A stretch of DNA of 64,000 bases. Origin: Ophelia neglecta. Taxonomy: Eukaryota. Below the pieces are notes generated by a model. That model did not search any database, was not told the origin of the DNA, and was given only the letters and a program-made list of their open reading frames with translations. Of the stretch, positions 1 to 13,590 are shown in pieces; the first letter of the stretch is position 1, and each line of letters opens with the position of its first letter. The stretch spans positions 87,606,001 through 87,670,000 of the forward strand of contig OZ260662.1 of the NCBI GenBank assembly GCA_965285935.1. Direction: 5' to 3'. A program made the translations under genes and the position numbers.

Positions 1-1632
1 ACAAGTTAGGGGTTTATCGGACTAGAAAATTATTAAGAAAGACACAAACAACTCCCTATTGTACCGCATCTCGATATGACTGGGCGATTTCAGCTGGGGA
101 TATAGTGTTCTGTACAATAAGATGTATTATAGCAATTCAATATGGCTTTCTGTAATTTATAACGAGGCACCTCTAGCGGCTGGTATTTAGTCCTAGGCAC
201 TCGTAAATTCTTAGCTCCAATGGTAATGTGCACTGATACTCAAAATTTAATAGTACCCCATGAACATTAGTCCCAGCCTCTTAGGTTAAAAAAGAGTGAT
301 ATATGGCATGACATCGGTACGGCCTGACGCCGGTGCTGGCCTTTAGCTGCAGACCCTATTTCAACGGCTGTAAATTGGCTTATTTGTTTTATATTATCGT
401 TAGGGGTCGACACACTGCCTTGTATATTATTTCTGTTTCCCTAACATGTGTATCAAAGCGTATAAGTACGATAGCAAAAATTATTTATTGATGTAGCGAT
501 AAGGCTGACATTTTGACATTTTAACCTTCAAAATGAACTGATTAACTGATCTGAATATACTAAATTGCCATATGCATAGTAATGCCAAATGGAAAGCGGC
601 GATATAATTTTAGGTATCATGTTACTACTTTATTTTGAGCGGTAGGCTTTCAAATATGATTGGGAATATTGCCTACAGTATATCATTATACCTTCCTAAT
701 CCGATTTGGTCGTCTCACTTGACACTTAAAGACAGAGTCTTAAATGTTTCTTTAACCATTTATTCATGGATGTTATGGAGGGAGATATACCCTAAGATTT
801 TAAAGCGGAGTAGGTGCCATTTTGTTGCTTACATCGCCCTTAATCGCAGACATCGTTGTCTTAGAACCGGAAATGGTTGGTCTTTTCTTGCGCTCTTCTT
901 TCGCCATCCAATTAAAGAATTTACCAGAATGATGCCGGAAAGATGATACATTTATCCCACAATTTATGAGCGTAAAAAGAAGCCAAGCTTCCTAACATTC
1001 CGGAAACTCCCACTTATAATAGGCCTTTTCCCTTCTTTCAGTAAAGAAAACCCTACCCTTGCAAGCAATGTGCAATATTTTAATAATAGTATATGGTTCT
1101 CTATATGGATACCTTGCCCACTCAGACAGGGTTTTCCATGTTAGGGGACCGGTTAGTTCGCGGTCTGCCATGGGCAAATCCCCTGCAACTGATTTCCATT
1201 TATTTTTATCTCAATGTTTAAAATACTAAGAGACTTGAAACCCACTGTCATGTCGTTAGGACCAATATAAACTAGCGAATATCAGTGGAAATACTGTCTG
1301 TGTTTACACCTGCCATTATTCATGAACATTGTTTTGGAGACATGAAGACTGTTTGCCTAATCTAGGGCCTATTGACATCGTGATAGTTATATTTTAAAAG
1401 ATATGTAAGTGTCGTAATCCCGAGGTACCTTCAATGAATGTGTATTTAGAGAAAATCAACAAGCTTAATGCTCTAACATGAGCATAAATCTTACCGGGCG
1501 ATAATAAAAGAGATTCATACTTTCTGCACATGATCTAAAAGGTCAAGGTGAATATGGGGTTATTAGTCTCGTAACAGGCAAGCCTGCTCATACGACTCTA
1601 CGTATAACCCCTGTTCATCAAATACATTCTTT

Positions 1633-1919
1633 AGGCCAAAAAAAAAAAAATTATGTTTCCGGTCGCCCGACCCTACCTAGCAAAAGGTGCCCGGTCCTAA
1701 AAATTTTATGAGCATCTTAAAAAAATTTAACAATTTTAACATTGTAGTTCTCAGAATTGGTGAAGTTAACCACATTTAATGATAAAATACTGAAAAAATT
1801 ACACCCACACCGCGAGGATCATTACAAAAAAAAATTCCAAAAAAAAAACTTTTTCCTACCTACCTACCCTATTTTTTTTGTCCATGTAATAGAAAACATA
1901 ATATTTTTTTTTTTTGCCT
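1633..1919. mobile_element. MITE (non-autonomous DNA transposon)
   Basis: Imperfect TIRs: aggcc(a)nttatgtttcc at the left end and gaaaacataata(t)ngcct at the right end. Internal ccgaccctacct/cctacctaccct motifs, no coding capacity. Confidence 0.75.
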
Positions 1920-4215
1920 TGGCCATCTCGACTCCCTGGGAAGTGCCCCGACAATAAATTACTGATAATAAAGAGATTTGTCTCATCGCTATAAGATAAA
2001 ATCAAGGTTTTCTATGATGTGAATCAGAGCAGTGATTAAGCCTGCTTAACCCTGACGTAACATAAGTTTTTGAGAAAAATGAGTACATTTCAACACTTCT
2101 ATGGTCGAAGGGATGGAAGATTATAGGAAATTGACCGAGACTGGTCATTTTTTGTCAATATTTCCTGCAACGAACCGAGAAATGCGCGAAATGAATGAGA
2201 ACAGTCCCTTGGCATGTTGACTGGATAACACAGACATGAACAAACCGTGATTTCCGTGTGTATTTGAGATAAATTATCATAGAAGCCATTGCTTACCGTA
2301 AACTAGGAAATAGTCATTCGAATTTTTTAAAAGCTTACCTTGGTAAGGTGACATTATATAATTGCGCCATTGACCTAAATTTGCTTGGCTATTTATGAAC
2401 GATTGCCAGATAGTAAAGTGGCCGCCATTAAATAGGCACTTCACACGCCATTCTATAAACTTGTACTTATAGTTTGTTCCCGGGTCGACTGACGGACTCG
2501 CTTATCTAAGCCTATGGTCCCGGAACCGGGCCCCAGAACATGTCTATATTAATTATTATCCAATAAAAGGTTTACCCCTATATGTGTGTTTATTAAAATG
2601 ATTCTCGTAAGTGCAGTCATTTGCCGGCTACTTCGTGCGGCGCGTGCAAGTTTCTTTATTCAGGAAGTAATTAGAGTGTAGCATATCGTCCTCTCCCAGC
2701 GCGAAACGCCATTAACGGACACAAATCAGACATCCTGCTATCTTTGAACGACATTAAAGTTACTTAAGAAATTTGGAGCATTCGAAATTAAGAAATATCA
2801 CGGCTGATATTGCGAACTAGTTTCGAGGTCGAAGTTATCACAGTGAAGGGGGTGCTTGGAGGTATGTGCTCTCTTAGCCATTCGCGCACGGGCGGACGCC
2901 GTGAGTCTCAGTTGATTCATCTAGTTCCGGGCGAGGACAGGCTGAACATCTTAACATGACTGCGCCCTGGGGTCTACTCCCGGCAGTCTATTATAAATAA
3001 AAACTGTTGGGAAATGGGGCCGAACATACTTGACTAGGATAATTAACTTTGAATGTTGAATCTGGCATCAGAGATCAATTTGACACTGCAAATCAACTCC
3101 ATATTTGGTATTATTGTCACTAATAATATAATTTCCGTATAAAGTAAAAATAATCATTGTTATAATCCATTGATAATGAAAATGGCAATTTTCAATCGTG
3201 CGAGCCCTTTTGGTCAAACATCAATTGTAAATAAAGTAGTGCTGGTGTTTGTGCTCGTCCATGTATTGTTGAGTGGTGTAATAGAAATGATGCTTCGTTT
3301 AGGAAAGCTTGTGGATAGCAGCACATCTGGTACTTAAATCATTGCACACTTTACTACTCGCAGAGACACCACCCAATATCCAAACCAGCATTTACCGTTA
3401 GTGTAGTCTTTTCCGATTTATTTCTAATTCTCTCAAGTGACGCATGTAATGCACTTTTCCGCCAACTTGTGCACGGCCCTACATTTTTTCTCGGTATAGC
3501 CATGTGTCAGCAAATTGAAAAGAGAGAAATTGGATAAAACACCGGACACCTTTAAATCAGTAAAACCTCATCCTTTTATTGTCTGAGTCCAAATTGACAA
3601 AGCACGCAAAACATACACACATGAACAAAACATTATCTTTTAAGCAAATTGTTATTTCCTTTACTTCTCACCGGTAAAGACAGTGTCCTTCGTGTGTCAA
3701 AGATGAATTTTTAACGTTTGCTTTTAACGTATACCTTCCAATTTATTAAGACGGCCGCCACATGTTCCTGGACGAGTACTGATAAGTTCAAACGAGTTTA
3801 CTGTATCCATCGCAGGCACGTGCTGACTGCATAATAACTCAGTGGGTGAGGGTGTATTTGGTCCTCAAAATTATGGCTGTTTTCCTGTTCTGATCTTAAA
3901 TATTCAAATGGTTTCCCGGCTCATTTTCAACAATAATTGATTTATTATTATGTTTTCTAAACAAATCATAGAACACCGACCACATAGATACATGTTTGTT
4001 TGGACACATAGCCTATTTATTTGTGCAACATAACAAGTTTTCAATGAAATTTCTGCACGAAATATTCTTTCTGCCATTTTAGTATAGAAAGGACATGAAA
4101 TATTAAATATTAAAAATATGTTAATCGATTTATCAAAATCTGAAAAATTCAAATTTCCCTATTCCGTTCTTTCAGTTTAAAGCCATGAACACTTCACGGC
4201 GTCCCCCTCATATCA

Positions 4216-4323
4216 CCCCCTTCTCCTCCACCACATCGCCCACTTCTCCGCCTCGACATGGCCCCCTTCTCATACACGACTTCGCCCCTTCTTAACCACG
4301 CCCCCTTCTTCTCCACGACATCG
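4216..4323 (+). repeat. Degenerate ~23-bp minisatellite, ~5 units
   Basis: cccccttctcctccaccacatcg / cccacttctccgcctcgacatgg / cccccttctcatacacgacttcg / partial unit / cccccttcttctccacgacatcg. Confidence 0.75.
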
Positions 4324-4829
4324 TTGTGACAGAATTTTTTTGAATAATAGTATGTGACAGTTGCTGAAATTCAGCTTATAATATAGCCGAAGTGAAGTGT
4401 ACTATTCTAAAGTTCAGAAAAATTACACATTTCCACAGCATCGGTTTATCTTGTGGGAAAGGATCAAATATGCGGCGCTCATGTTCATGAATGCTTGGCA
4501 GGTAGGTATATATGCCTCCTTATACAGATGCTTCCTTGGAAATCAATCTACCTTTTCGAGGTCAACAGCCCGCTCGTTCAGGAGCCATGATGATCTGCAG
4601 ATGAATGTAGATTATATTTGATGATGTGAAGGTCCAATAGTGATTTCACAAATGAAATTGGGAGATATTGCCTCTTATATCTTCGATCTTAGAAGGTAAA
4701 AAGAAATCTTAGAAGCCATGGTGATTTTCTTGTTGGCAATATTGGAAAAAATGCAGAAATCCCGTCTTATACTAAGATTAATCTAGCATCAAGCTGGTCT
4801 TATAATAGACTTTATATCCGGTGTTGAAG

Positions 4830-5095
4830 TATTGGAAGTCCACTGGTTGAAAGGCACCCGGATTACTTTTACTAACCCGAACCCCAACCCGGGAGATTTG
4901 TATTGTTAAACCGTCGGAGCAGAAACACAAGTAGGCCTACCGAATTTAAGGGACCCGGCCTCGAAATCCTGATTTATGATGTTCACCGGTCCCACAATAC
5001 TGGTATAGGGCCCACAATGTCGCCGGGGGATTGTTTTAACCCAGGGTGCTAAGTCCGGGGTCTTTACAGCCTGGAAGCCATTATCTTATACACAG
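4830..5095 (+). repeat. Dispersed repeat family, copy A
   Basis: Shares tgaaagg-c-ccc...tttactaaccc.aaccc.aacc.gggag and ggtccca.aatactggtata with the copy at 18085-18295, and related blocks with the copy at 22108-22360. Confidence 0.6.
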
Positions 5096-5433
5096 GCAAG
5101 GCTCCTTGTCGTATTTTTAAAACGTTATAATATCAGCAGGTATACGCCTGTTTCGGTCGTGGTATTCAATCCCCGCCGAATTCATAGCTGAGAAAACTGA
5201 TGATAAGATACATAGATGTCTACCAAGACATATTAATGATTTAAAGTGTTTGAATATAGGATGTGAATGTCATTTGCCAATTGCCTATCATGATGATGAT
5301 ACTAAAATCATTGCTGAAACTCTTTAGCTTATCGACATCAACCAGTCCGCAATTCAAGAATTCATTATTGTAAGATTGATTACTTCCTTTTTTGATTATT
5401 ATGCTGATTATTATAATTAGGGGTAGTAATTAT

Positions 5434-5569
5434 NNNNNNNNNNNNNNNNNNNNNNNNNNNNNNNNNNNNNNNNNNNNNNNNNNNNNNNNNNNNNNNNNNN
5501 NNNNNNNNNNNNNNNNNNNNNNNNNNNNNNNNNNNNNNNNNNNNNNNNNNNNNNNNNNNNNNNNNNNNN
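5434..5569. other. Assembly gap (136 N)
   Basis: Run of N. Confidence 1.
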
Positions 5570-8500
5570 GCTTTATTAGTTTCTACAGCACCCTATCTTC
5601 TCAAAGGCTGCATACATTCATATGATCTCATATATACGTAGGTAGTGTTTTACACATATGTATGTGTGTTACTTGTGTATATGGATATTTGGGGGATTCC
5701 TTGATAATTTGTGAGAAAATCAAGCTGTTGTGAGTAGCGGTAGAAATGTCTTGTCATAGCATGTAGCCTATAGTCACATAGATTTGCTCGTGAACCTTCA
5801 GTTCGGTTTTGAGTTTCATTCCCAAAAAGGAGGTATTTTCTGACCCAATATGTATATATATAATAGTCACGCATAGGCTCAGTAAATAATCTTATATGTA
5901 CACATATGCACATATACAACTCCCATATACGCCAACGTCTAGCCCGCTGGTGTGTTCAAAGTCAGCCACCGTATCTTGGCATCACATTCTTATAACCGCA
6001 TTGCATATTTCCTCGAAAAGAGCACACAAGTCATTTCTGAAGGTTTTGCACAATATCAGGTTCTTGCGATTTAATCCTGCTGATCGAGAGTGCCACCTGA
6101 CTCGATCTAGAGACTTTAATAAATTAAGCCGAAGTTTTGAGAGTGCATGTCTGAATTTGATACAAAGTTTCAATTACAGGTTGTGTAACGTTCAAGTTCG
6201 AATTTGAGTCTCAACATTGGGAAAGTCGTTAACTTTGGCTGATGAGTTTGAGAATTTATAAAAAAAATTAAGCCAATCCCTTGCGTAATTTGTGCTAAAT
6301 TAAGCAGTGAACCAAAATCATTGATGAAAGAAGTTCGATTTTGCCGTTGCACTGTATCAAAATGGTAATCATAACTTATTTTCTAACCATACCGTGGGCA
6401 TCAGAATCACGTGTTCTAAAACTGTACTCGGACAAAGGAATCGAAACACTTCTAAGGATGCAATAGTGTTTTTTGACAAGTCATGTCATTTAAACTTAAA
6501 CGGAAGGAACACAGTACAGTTGTATATGTATTTCCATATGCTAATGGTAGGTGCCAAACTCAGGGTTAAGTATAACTGGTGCACTCTTCGCACAGGCTCC
6601 TGCTGCAGAAACTATACCTGGTATTTTACTAAAGTTTTAATCGCTGCTGGACTTGTACACCATAACTCGCTTCCATATAAAAGTATTATATTTATACATG
6701 CAATTAACAAAAACGGACCCTTACACTATTTCTAATTCCTAAACATAAAGCATATCAAAAAAAATATTGGTAATCCAATTTAAAAATATCACCATTAATT
6801 GACTGTCCTGTCCTGGATGCCATCTCGTACAAAAAATCATTTATTTTGTCTTTCACTTATACACAATCATTAAATTTCGGCTACGAAGAATAGAAAGACC
6901 TTGGGACTGAACGCTCTCAATACTCAATACATTAATGAATATAAAATTGTCTGCCCATAGGAGGTGAATTAGAATCATCATTGTCTAGCAGAAAAACCAT
7001 GGTTTTATTTGAAGTAGTAAATATTTTTGAACTAGATCTGTGCTTAGACTTGGACCCTGATTAACTCTTGTAGTAAATTCTATAAGATCACTCACACAGT
7101 TGTACTTTTGACCTTGAACTTAGTTTTAAACACAGCCATATTTAGATTATAATATCTTTGATTGAGATTATGATTATCCTCAATAAGAATGAAAATTGTT
7201 ATCGCAAATTGGTTTCCATGGAAACAGTTATAATATTTCCTAAAATAACCACACTACAGATATTGTATAGTGTCCAGGTCGTTTTTACTAAACTGTGGAG
7301 AAAATCCCAAAACAAAACGGCGCTAGGTACTTAGAACTCAAGTCAGCGTTTACGGTTTAAATATTACTTTTTAGCCTTTACTGGTGATTTTTTTCTTTTG
7401 GGGGTTTATGTGGGTTTCCGGCGACTATTATCAAAATGTGCATTTTGGAAGATAATTATTCCTAATTTGAGGATATTTAAATTAATTCTCACTTTATTAG
7501 GAGAGCCGTTGGTAATTATTGCTTTGAATTAAGCTGAACTATGATGTGCCTTTCCATCATATTCGACAACATTTCACATGTACAAGTATATAAGCCTATA
7601 TGTTGGCTAAAATAATGTCTGGCTGCTAGAATGAATCAAGCAAAAACTTTGCCTGTATCGTATAGGAAAATATGCGTCTATGGCATATTGTTCTGACACC
7701 TTGGTTTGGTTTCTTCCGGAAGAAAGCCTATAAAGTTATTCTTGCGGAAGAAAAGTTACATATGCATACACTTAATACAATTATGAATAAACGATTAAAA
7801 TGTGGCATGTACAAACGTATACCATGAATAAACGAGATAAATATCCCCGGGACCAAACCTGTCTGTCCATACCCGTCTACTTTAAATATACTGACATTTA
7901 AAGCCCGTTTTATGTTTTTTTTTTTTTTTGCTATGACGTCAACGGATATAAATCTAAACATACCTAAATACATTTGAACTGTCATAATTGCTAATAATTG
8001 TTATTTTCTATTAGATAATTATTAAATGCTGTTGCCATATTAACATACGGGATTAATGAGAAAACAACTATTATTTCCTGCCACCATTTCTCGAAATAAT
8101 ACTAAGCACATGGTACCGTCTGATTATGACACTCTTAAAGGTATGGCAAATGTAATTGAAAAATGGGACATTACTAGGTAAAATAGGCGATGGACGCTTG
8201 GAAACAAATATATGACTACAGTTTTTAGTATTCAATAAGTCCAGATCATAACAATAACTACATACATAGTATATTCCTGAATATTCCTGAATATACCTAC
8301 TTATCATATACCTAACAAGTATCCTAGTCACTGATTGGTCAGTCACCTGAACCATATAAACTTGTATTGTTCAGACGGAATCCAGTATTACTCAGTTCCT
8401 GGGGAATACCTTAAAGGTTGGAGGGGAATCCCCTAAATGACGTCATAGCAGCCTCGTTTTTCGATCTAGGTCATCACCTGATTCCGGAATGCACAAGGCA

Positions 8501-8582
8501 AGAGTCGGTGTAGTTCAATACATTTTTCCTACTGTCCGAAAGAAGGAATTTGTCAACTTGTTAGGTGTATGATAAAACCGTA

Positions 8583-8715
8583 ACGCCATACTTGAACGTT
8601 GAATACGGTGTGGTACGCCAACCTAGCAACCTGTATGCCCTTCAGCCTTCGGCTTCAGGGCATACAAATTGCTAGGTTGGCGTACCACACCGTATTCAAC
8701 GTTCAAGCATGGCGT
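8583..8715. repeat. Long inverted repeat / hairpin element (59-bp arms, 15-nt spacer)
   Basis: Arm 8583-8641 is the reverse complement of 8657-8715 with 3 mismatches. The spacer contains agccttcggct. Confidence 0.92.
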
Positions 8716-9829
8716 ATTATTAACAACGATGCATAAAATCACACATTGAGTCAAAGTGCTGCAAATCAGCAATTTTTCTATAGCCCCGCTGGCTTATATC
8801 CAAATATGCTACATGAGAAAAACAATTAAGTAACAATTCATTTAATCTATCTAATCGATATTGTATCGTCAATTGTTTTCATAAATGATCACTAGTCAAT
8901 TAAAAAAAGAGAACGATAATAATTGAACATAAAAACCCCACTGTTTTACCATTTATGAAGTAAAAATTCAGGCAACGGATTTATTCATCACCAGTCGCCC
9001 GCTTTGTTGTGACATTACTTTTAAACATCATATTTACTTGCCATCCACAGAAATGCAATAGTTTATTTTCAACCAGAGATGTGTTGTCAATGTTTAAATG
9101 CCGTACCAATGGAAACGGACACCAAGAGACCTTGGGAACAAGTAGATTCAGGTCATTGTCTATTCATCAGTGTCAAAAGACTCCTGTCACCTCTCGGGGG
9201 CAACAGAAACCACTCTCCAGTCCTCCGTCAGATATCAGCTCATGGGATAAAAAAGACCCATGTGAATAATCTGCCTGCTTAAATAGCAAAAATGATTGAA
9301 GCTTACTCTGAGGTACTAAAGTTTACAGGTCGGCCGTATTTGTGCTCAATTCCACGGTCTTCATATCATGGGAATTAGTCAATTTATAAAAGAAATATGC
9401 TGTCTAAATTTCAAGGTTAAATTAGGAAAGTTTATTGTCTGCGTTCCCGTTAAGATGGGAAACCTTCCAATTCCAATCGATTATTCCTTTTGAATTCCCA
9501 GTGGAAAATCCACCAGCATTTTGAATAGTTGTTTACGAGTCAGAATTATATTGTCGCAGAGTCTCAAACTATTTTCGGGGTGAAATAGGTAAAATTAGTC
9601 CGTGAACCTCGGTAACAGACAAATACTAAAATTGGAAACTAATGCCCAAACCCCTGACATTTTTAGGGAAGTTTTTCTTTTGTATTGTCGTTATATGACG
9701 GTTCGCAATTTCTCCCTTACTAGGTGAATTTAAAAAAAATAGAAACTTTGAAGATTTACCTTCTTTAAGGAAGACACGTACAGTTTTGGTGGTTTTATTG
9801 TTTTTGATCAAATAGAATAGATTTTGGAT

Positions 9830-10097
9830 TTGGTTTTGATGTTTAGTCCTTAATGCTTCTTTGATATTTATCCACGTGCAGTTAATGTCATCTCTTGCTT
9901 TTCGAACCGTTCTTGCTAGTTTTTTTCTTGGGCTTTTTAATTATTCTATTAAGCGACGCTCTGTATGTAAGAAATTTTGATTTAATTCTTTATGCTTATA
10001 TCTGTTGAATTTAATTTTGACTTCTGGTATGTGCGCGTTTAGGTTGTGCTTGAAGATTTTGATCATGGTGTCATATGCACTATTAACATCATTTGCA
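9830..10097 (-). mobile_element. Decayed CR1/L2-type LINE ORF2 fragment (linker between endonuclease and RT)
   Basis: Minus strand reads ANDVNSAYDTMIKIFKHNLNAHIPEVKIKFNRYKHK, then (frameshifted) TYRASLNRIIKK...ERFEKARDDINCTWINIKEAL, which is typical of that linker. Confidence 0.6.
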
Positions 10098-12419
10098 AGG
10101 CAATACATATTAAGTTATGTAAAGCTAATAATCGTCTAGTTATTGTTGTTTGCGCCCAAATAAATGTACTAATTAATGCATGAGTCGACCAATCGACGTG
10201 CTTTACATGCAATATTAATTAGGAAAACGTGTAAAAATGTATGCAATTATCGCTATTTATTTCAAACCAAATTTGTTTAACTGTCAATTGATCAATGCTC
10301 CTCATTTATAATAGAACTGCTCCATACTGCAAGTAGAAAAATAATCCAATATATCTTCCACTCGCGCCAAAACAATACAGGTTTTGCGACAGACAAGCTG
10401 TTTTCATTGTCGGTTGGCAAAACTATTTAGCTAGCTTCGGGCACTCATACACATCCAATCCATTACTCCAACACTGATGGGGTATGGCTTTAAAGTATAA
10501 TATGCTCATTTTAAATAATCAAATATCCTTATTGACTTTACAATTAAAATAATGCCTTATATATTTACACACGTCATTTGATATATTATAAACTCTGGCA
10601 CGACACGCAAGTTTTTCTTAAAACCAGACATGAGCCAAACGACATCAATTTCCTGTTTAGAAGCATGCTGCCAGATCTAACTTATATAGACAGGCCAATA
10701 CACGGTATGTCGTCCGCTCATTTCCGGTTAGCGCTTAATAATTTTACCAAAAAGACGATTTTGTATTTTATTTTTGTAAATTATAAAAAATCTTTTTCCG
10801 CATATGCTGTTTTAAGAAAAAGATAATCTTTAAAAATCCTTGTTCCACATTTTTGTTAATGCTTAATAAATGCTTGATAAGTGAAATTAGGTGAGTAGTA
10901 ATATACAAGATTATAAAAAAGCAATAAACAATATTGAAAGGCAAAAAAACTTCTCTTCATCATTTCAATTAGATAAAGTATTTATGATATGATCTATGTA
11001 ATTCTGAACAATATAAAATATTACGAGATATCGACATATTTACTTATAGATTAGTTATCTCTTAGTAGGTGATTTCTAATCAAAGCTAACAGGAATAATT
11101 CACTTACAAATTGACAATAGGTATATAGGTATAGTCGCTTATAAGAAATCAGCACTATAGAGTCTCTTAAACAGTTCAATGCCTTACAGATCTTCGCCCC
11201 CCCCCCCCCGTGATCAATCGCGGTACAAAAAAATGAAATAAAAATTGACTTTTTGACTCTTAAATTACTGCGAGGATGTAATCAACAACATTTTGCTTAA
11301 GTTATCAGATAATACTAAACTATAAAGTTTTTCGCGATGTATATAAGGCATAACCAGAGTAAGGCTGGAATAGATAACAGTGCTTGGAAAAAATTGGAAC
11401 TATATAAAATTATACAAACACTTGTCGTGTCTATTGTCCCGTCCCCATTAATGATTTTTCCTTCTTTTCTACATCATTCTCACTGCTAACAGAGACTCAT
11501 AATATCAGATTGGTTTTCAATGTTATGCCAACTTGGAAAACCATGTTGGATTTTATTTTGATTAGCGGATATATTTATGTCAGCCGATAAAGTATTTTTT
11601 ACCAGATATTACCGTGGAATATACTCGTTGGCTTTAGAAAAACGCTTTCCTATGTTTATATTCTATAACACACTCTGTACTGTTTATATGAGGTGGATGA
11701 ATTTTTAAATGAACATTCGTCTTATTTGAATCAACATCTCAAGTTTTTAACAGACACGGTTATTCCATGTATACATGCAAAAGTCGGACAAGCAACAGCG
11801 GTTGCTTAAACGATTGATCAGAATATTAGCTCCATGAGTGAATCGTGCAAACTGGTAAGTGTCTACGTTCTTGTGCCTTGCAATTTTGTCTTACTGAGTC
11901 GTCAGCTTTCTGAAAGAATCGGTTTAGTTAATAGAGTTTTGAGGCATCTGTCAATGTGCTTTGTTTTATACCGCTGGTATGAAGCACCATTATATAGATC
12001 CGTAATATATAATATAATATTTCAGTGTCATGTCAGTGTGGTCGATATAAATATATTGTTTCTAGTATCAGATGTACACAACTGAATAAGAAGCATACTC
12101 GCATCTGTGACCCAACTCAATTGCAGTTCTAGTTGAAAAAAAAAACTGTATATCATTTTATAAATGCAAAATGTTCGATTATTATTTCATTTTTAATCAA
12201 CTACTTCAATCCATTTGTAATATGAGAAAAAAATGCTGAAACCACATAGTCAAATTACATGAATTCGAGTGCAGATATATGCTTTATTATAATGTTTATG
12301 TCATCAATGGGTGCGTTTGAACTCGGTGTGTGGCGACAAGCAGGTCAGACTTAAAGAAGGGAGAGGAGCCTAGCAACCTTTGGCGAGCTTTCAAAGACAA
12401 AAGAAGTGAGTTATATGCA

Positions 12420-13590
12420 CAGGAACTGTAATTTTATGGTGATGGTATGTATTAGCCCCCTGATGTATCCAATATCTGTGAGAAATTTGATGCTCATCTT
12501 AAGCTTGTATCTGCACCAGACAAAGGTAGCTATATTCTAGGAGACTTAAGTACCAATTTATCTGGTCAGGATGCAGTCACTACTAGTCTTCTTATGACAC
12601 TAAGGATCATGACCTACATCATATTATATCCGAGCCCACTAGGGTGGCAGGAAACAGCGCCCAATAATTGACATTATCTTTAAAAACTGTCCAGATAAAG
12701 CAAATGAATCAGGGGTTATTACATACGGCACATCGGACAATGACGTTATTAATGTAGTCTGGAAGGCGAAGGTGACAAAAGGGCCTCTAAAACCAGTTAT
12801 AGCTGACAGATGGAAAAAACTTCAACGAGAACACTTTCAGGAGCGAGTGTGCAGTGTTCCCCTTGGACAGGTTGAGCAACCAATGTCTATACGGCACGGT
12901 CAGTTGTTCAAACATTCGCTCACCACTTTCTTCTTAATACGCATGCACAAGAGCGGAAGATAAAAGAATCCGGGAATGAAATATCAGTTATGACTGATGA
13001 ACTATATGATTAAAAACGATAAAAAATAATAGGAAAAGGCTGAAGCACTTGCTTCCTAAGACTGTATAATATTCCCTTCAACTGCTAAGCACGGTAGCAA
13101 TGGATTGCACGATAAAACTGACGTGGCAAATGTTCTTAATGGTTTTTATGCAACTGTAGGTGAGAAGCTAGCTAAAAAATATATAATTCTTCCAGGCTGA
13201 ATGTATATTCTAATGAAATTAATATTGATCATTTTACAAATGCAGAGCTCTTTTTCAATCCAAGTGTCTTTTAAATGTATAGGTGCCTCGGAAGTTACTC
13301 ACCAGTGATAACAACAATAAAGCATGTGTTATGGATAAAAACCCTGGGAGGATTTTGAGATCTGCTGCTCGTGAGACTGCACATACATCACTTTGGCACA
13401 ATTTTTAACTTTTCTCTGAAGTCAGGTGATATTTTGCCCTGCTAACACTGGCAGTACGTAATATAATAATCGATATAGCGAGTGATCTGAAGTTATTGCC
13501 CTCTGTAAGCAGGGAGTGATTCCCCCAGGAATGGAAATGTGCCAAGGTTTCAGCTATTCATAAGGAAGGTGATACTCAAGACACTTCTCT
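12420..13590 (+). mobile_element. Decayed CR1/L2-type LINE ORF2 (APE endonuclease to pre-RT region)
   Basis: Frameshifted motifs: Y*PPD, YILGDLSTN, IISEPTRV, IDIIF, SGVITYGTSDND (SDH-like), ANVLNGFYATVGEKLA, IFNFSLKSG, VIPQEWKCAKVSAIHKEGD. Confidence 0.8.

Noticed and set aside
4216-4323. CRISPR-like array
   Set aside because: Contiguous degenerate units without unique spacers, in eukaryotic DNA with no cas genes; it is a minisatellite.
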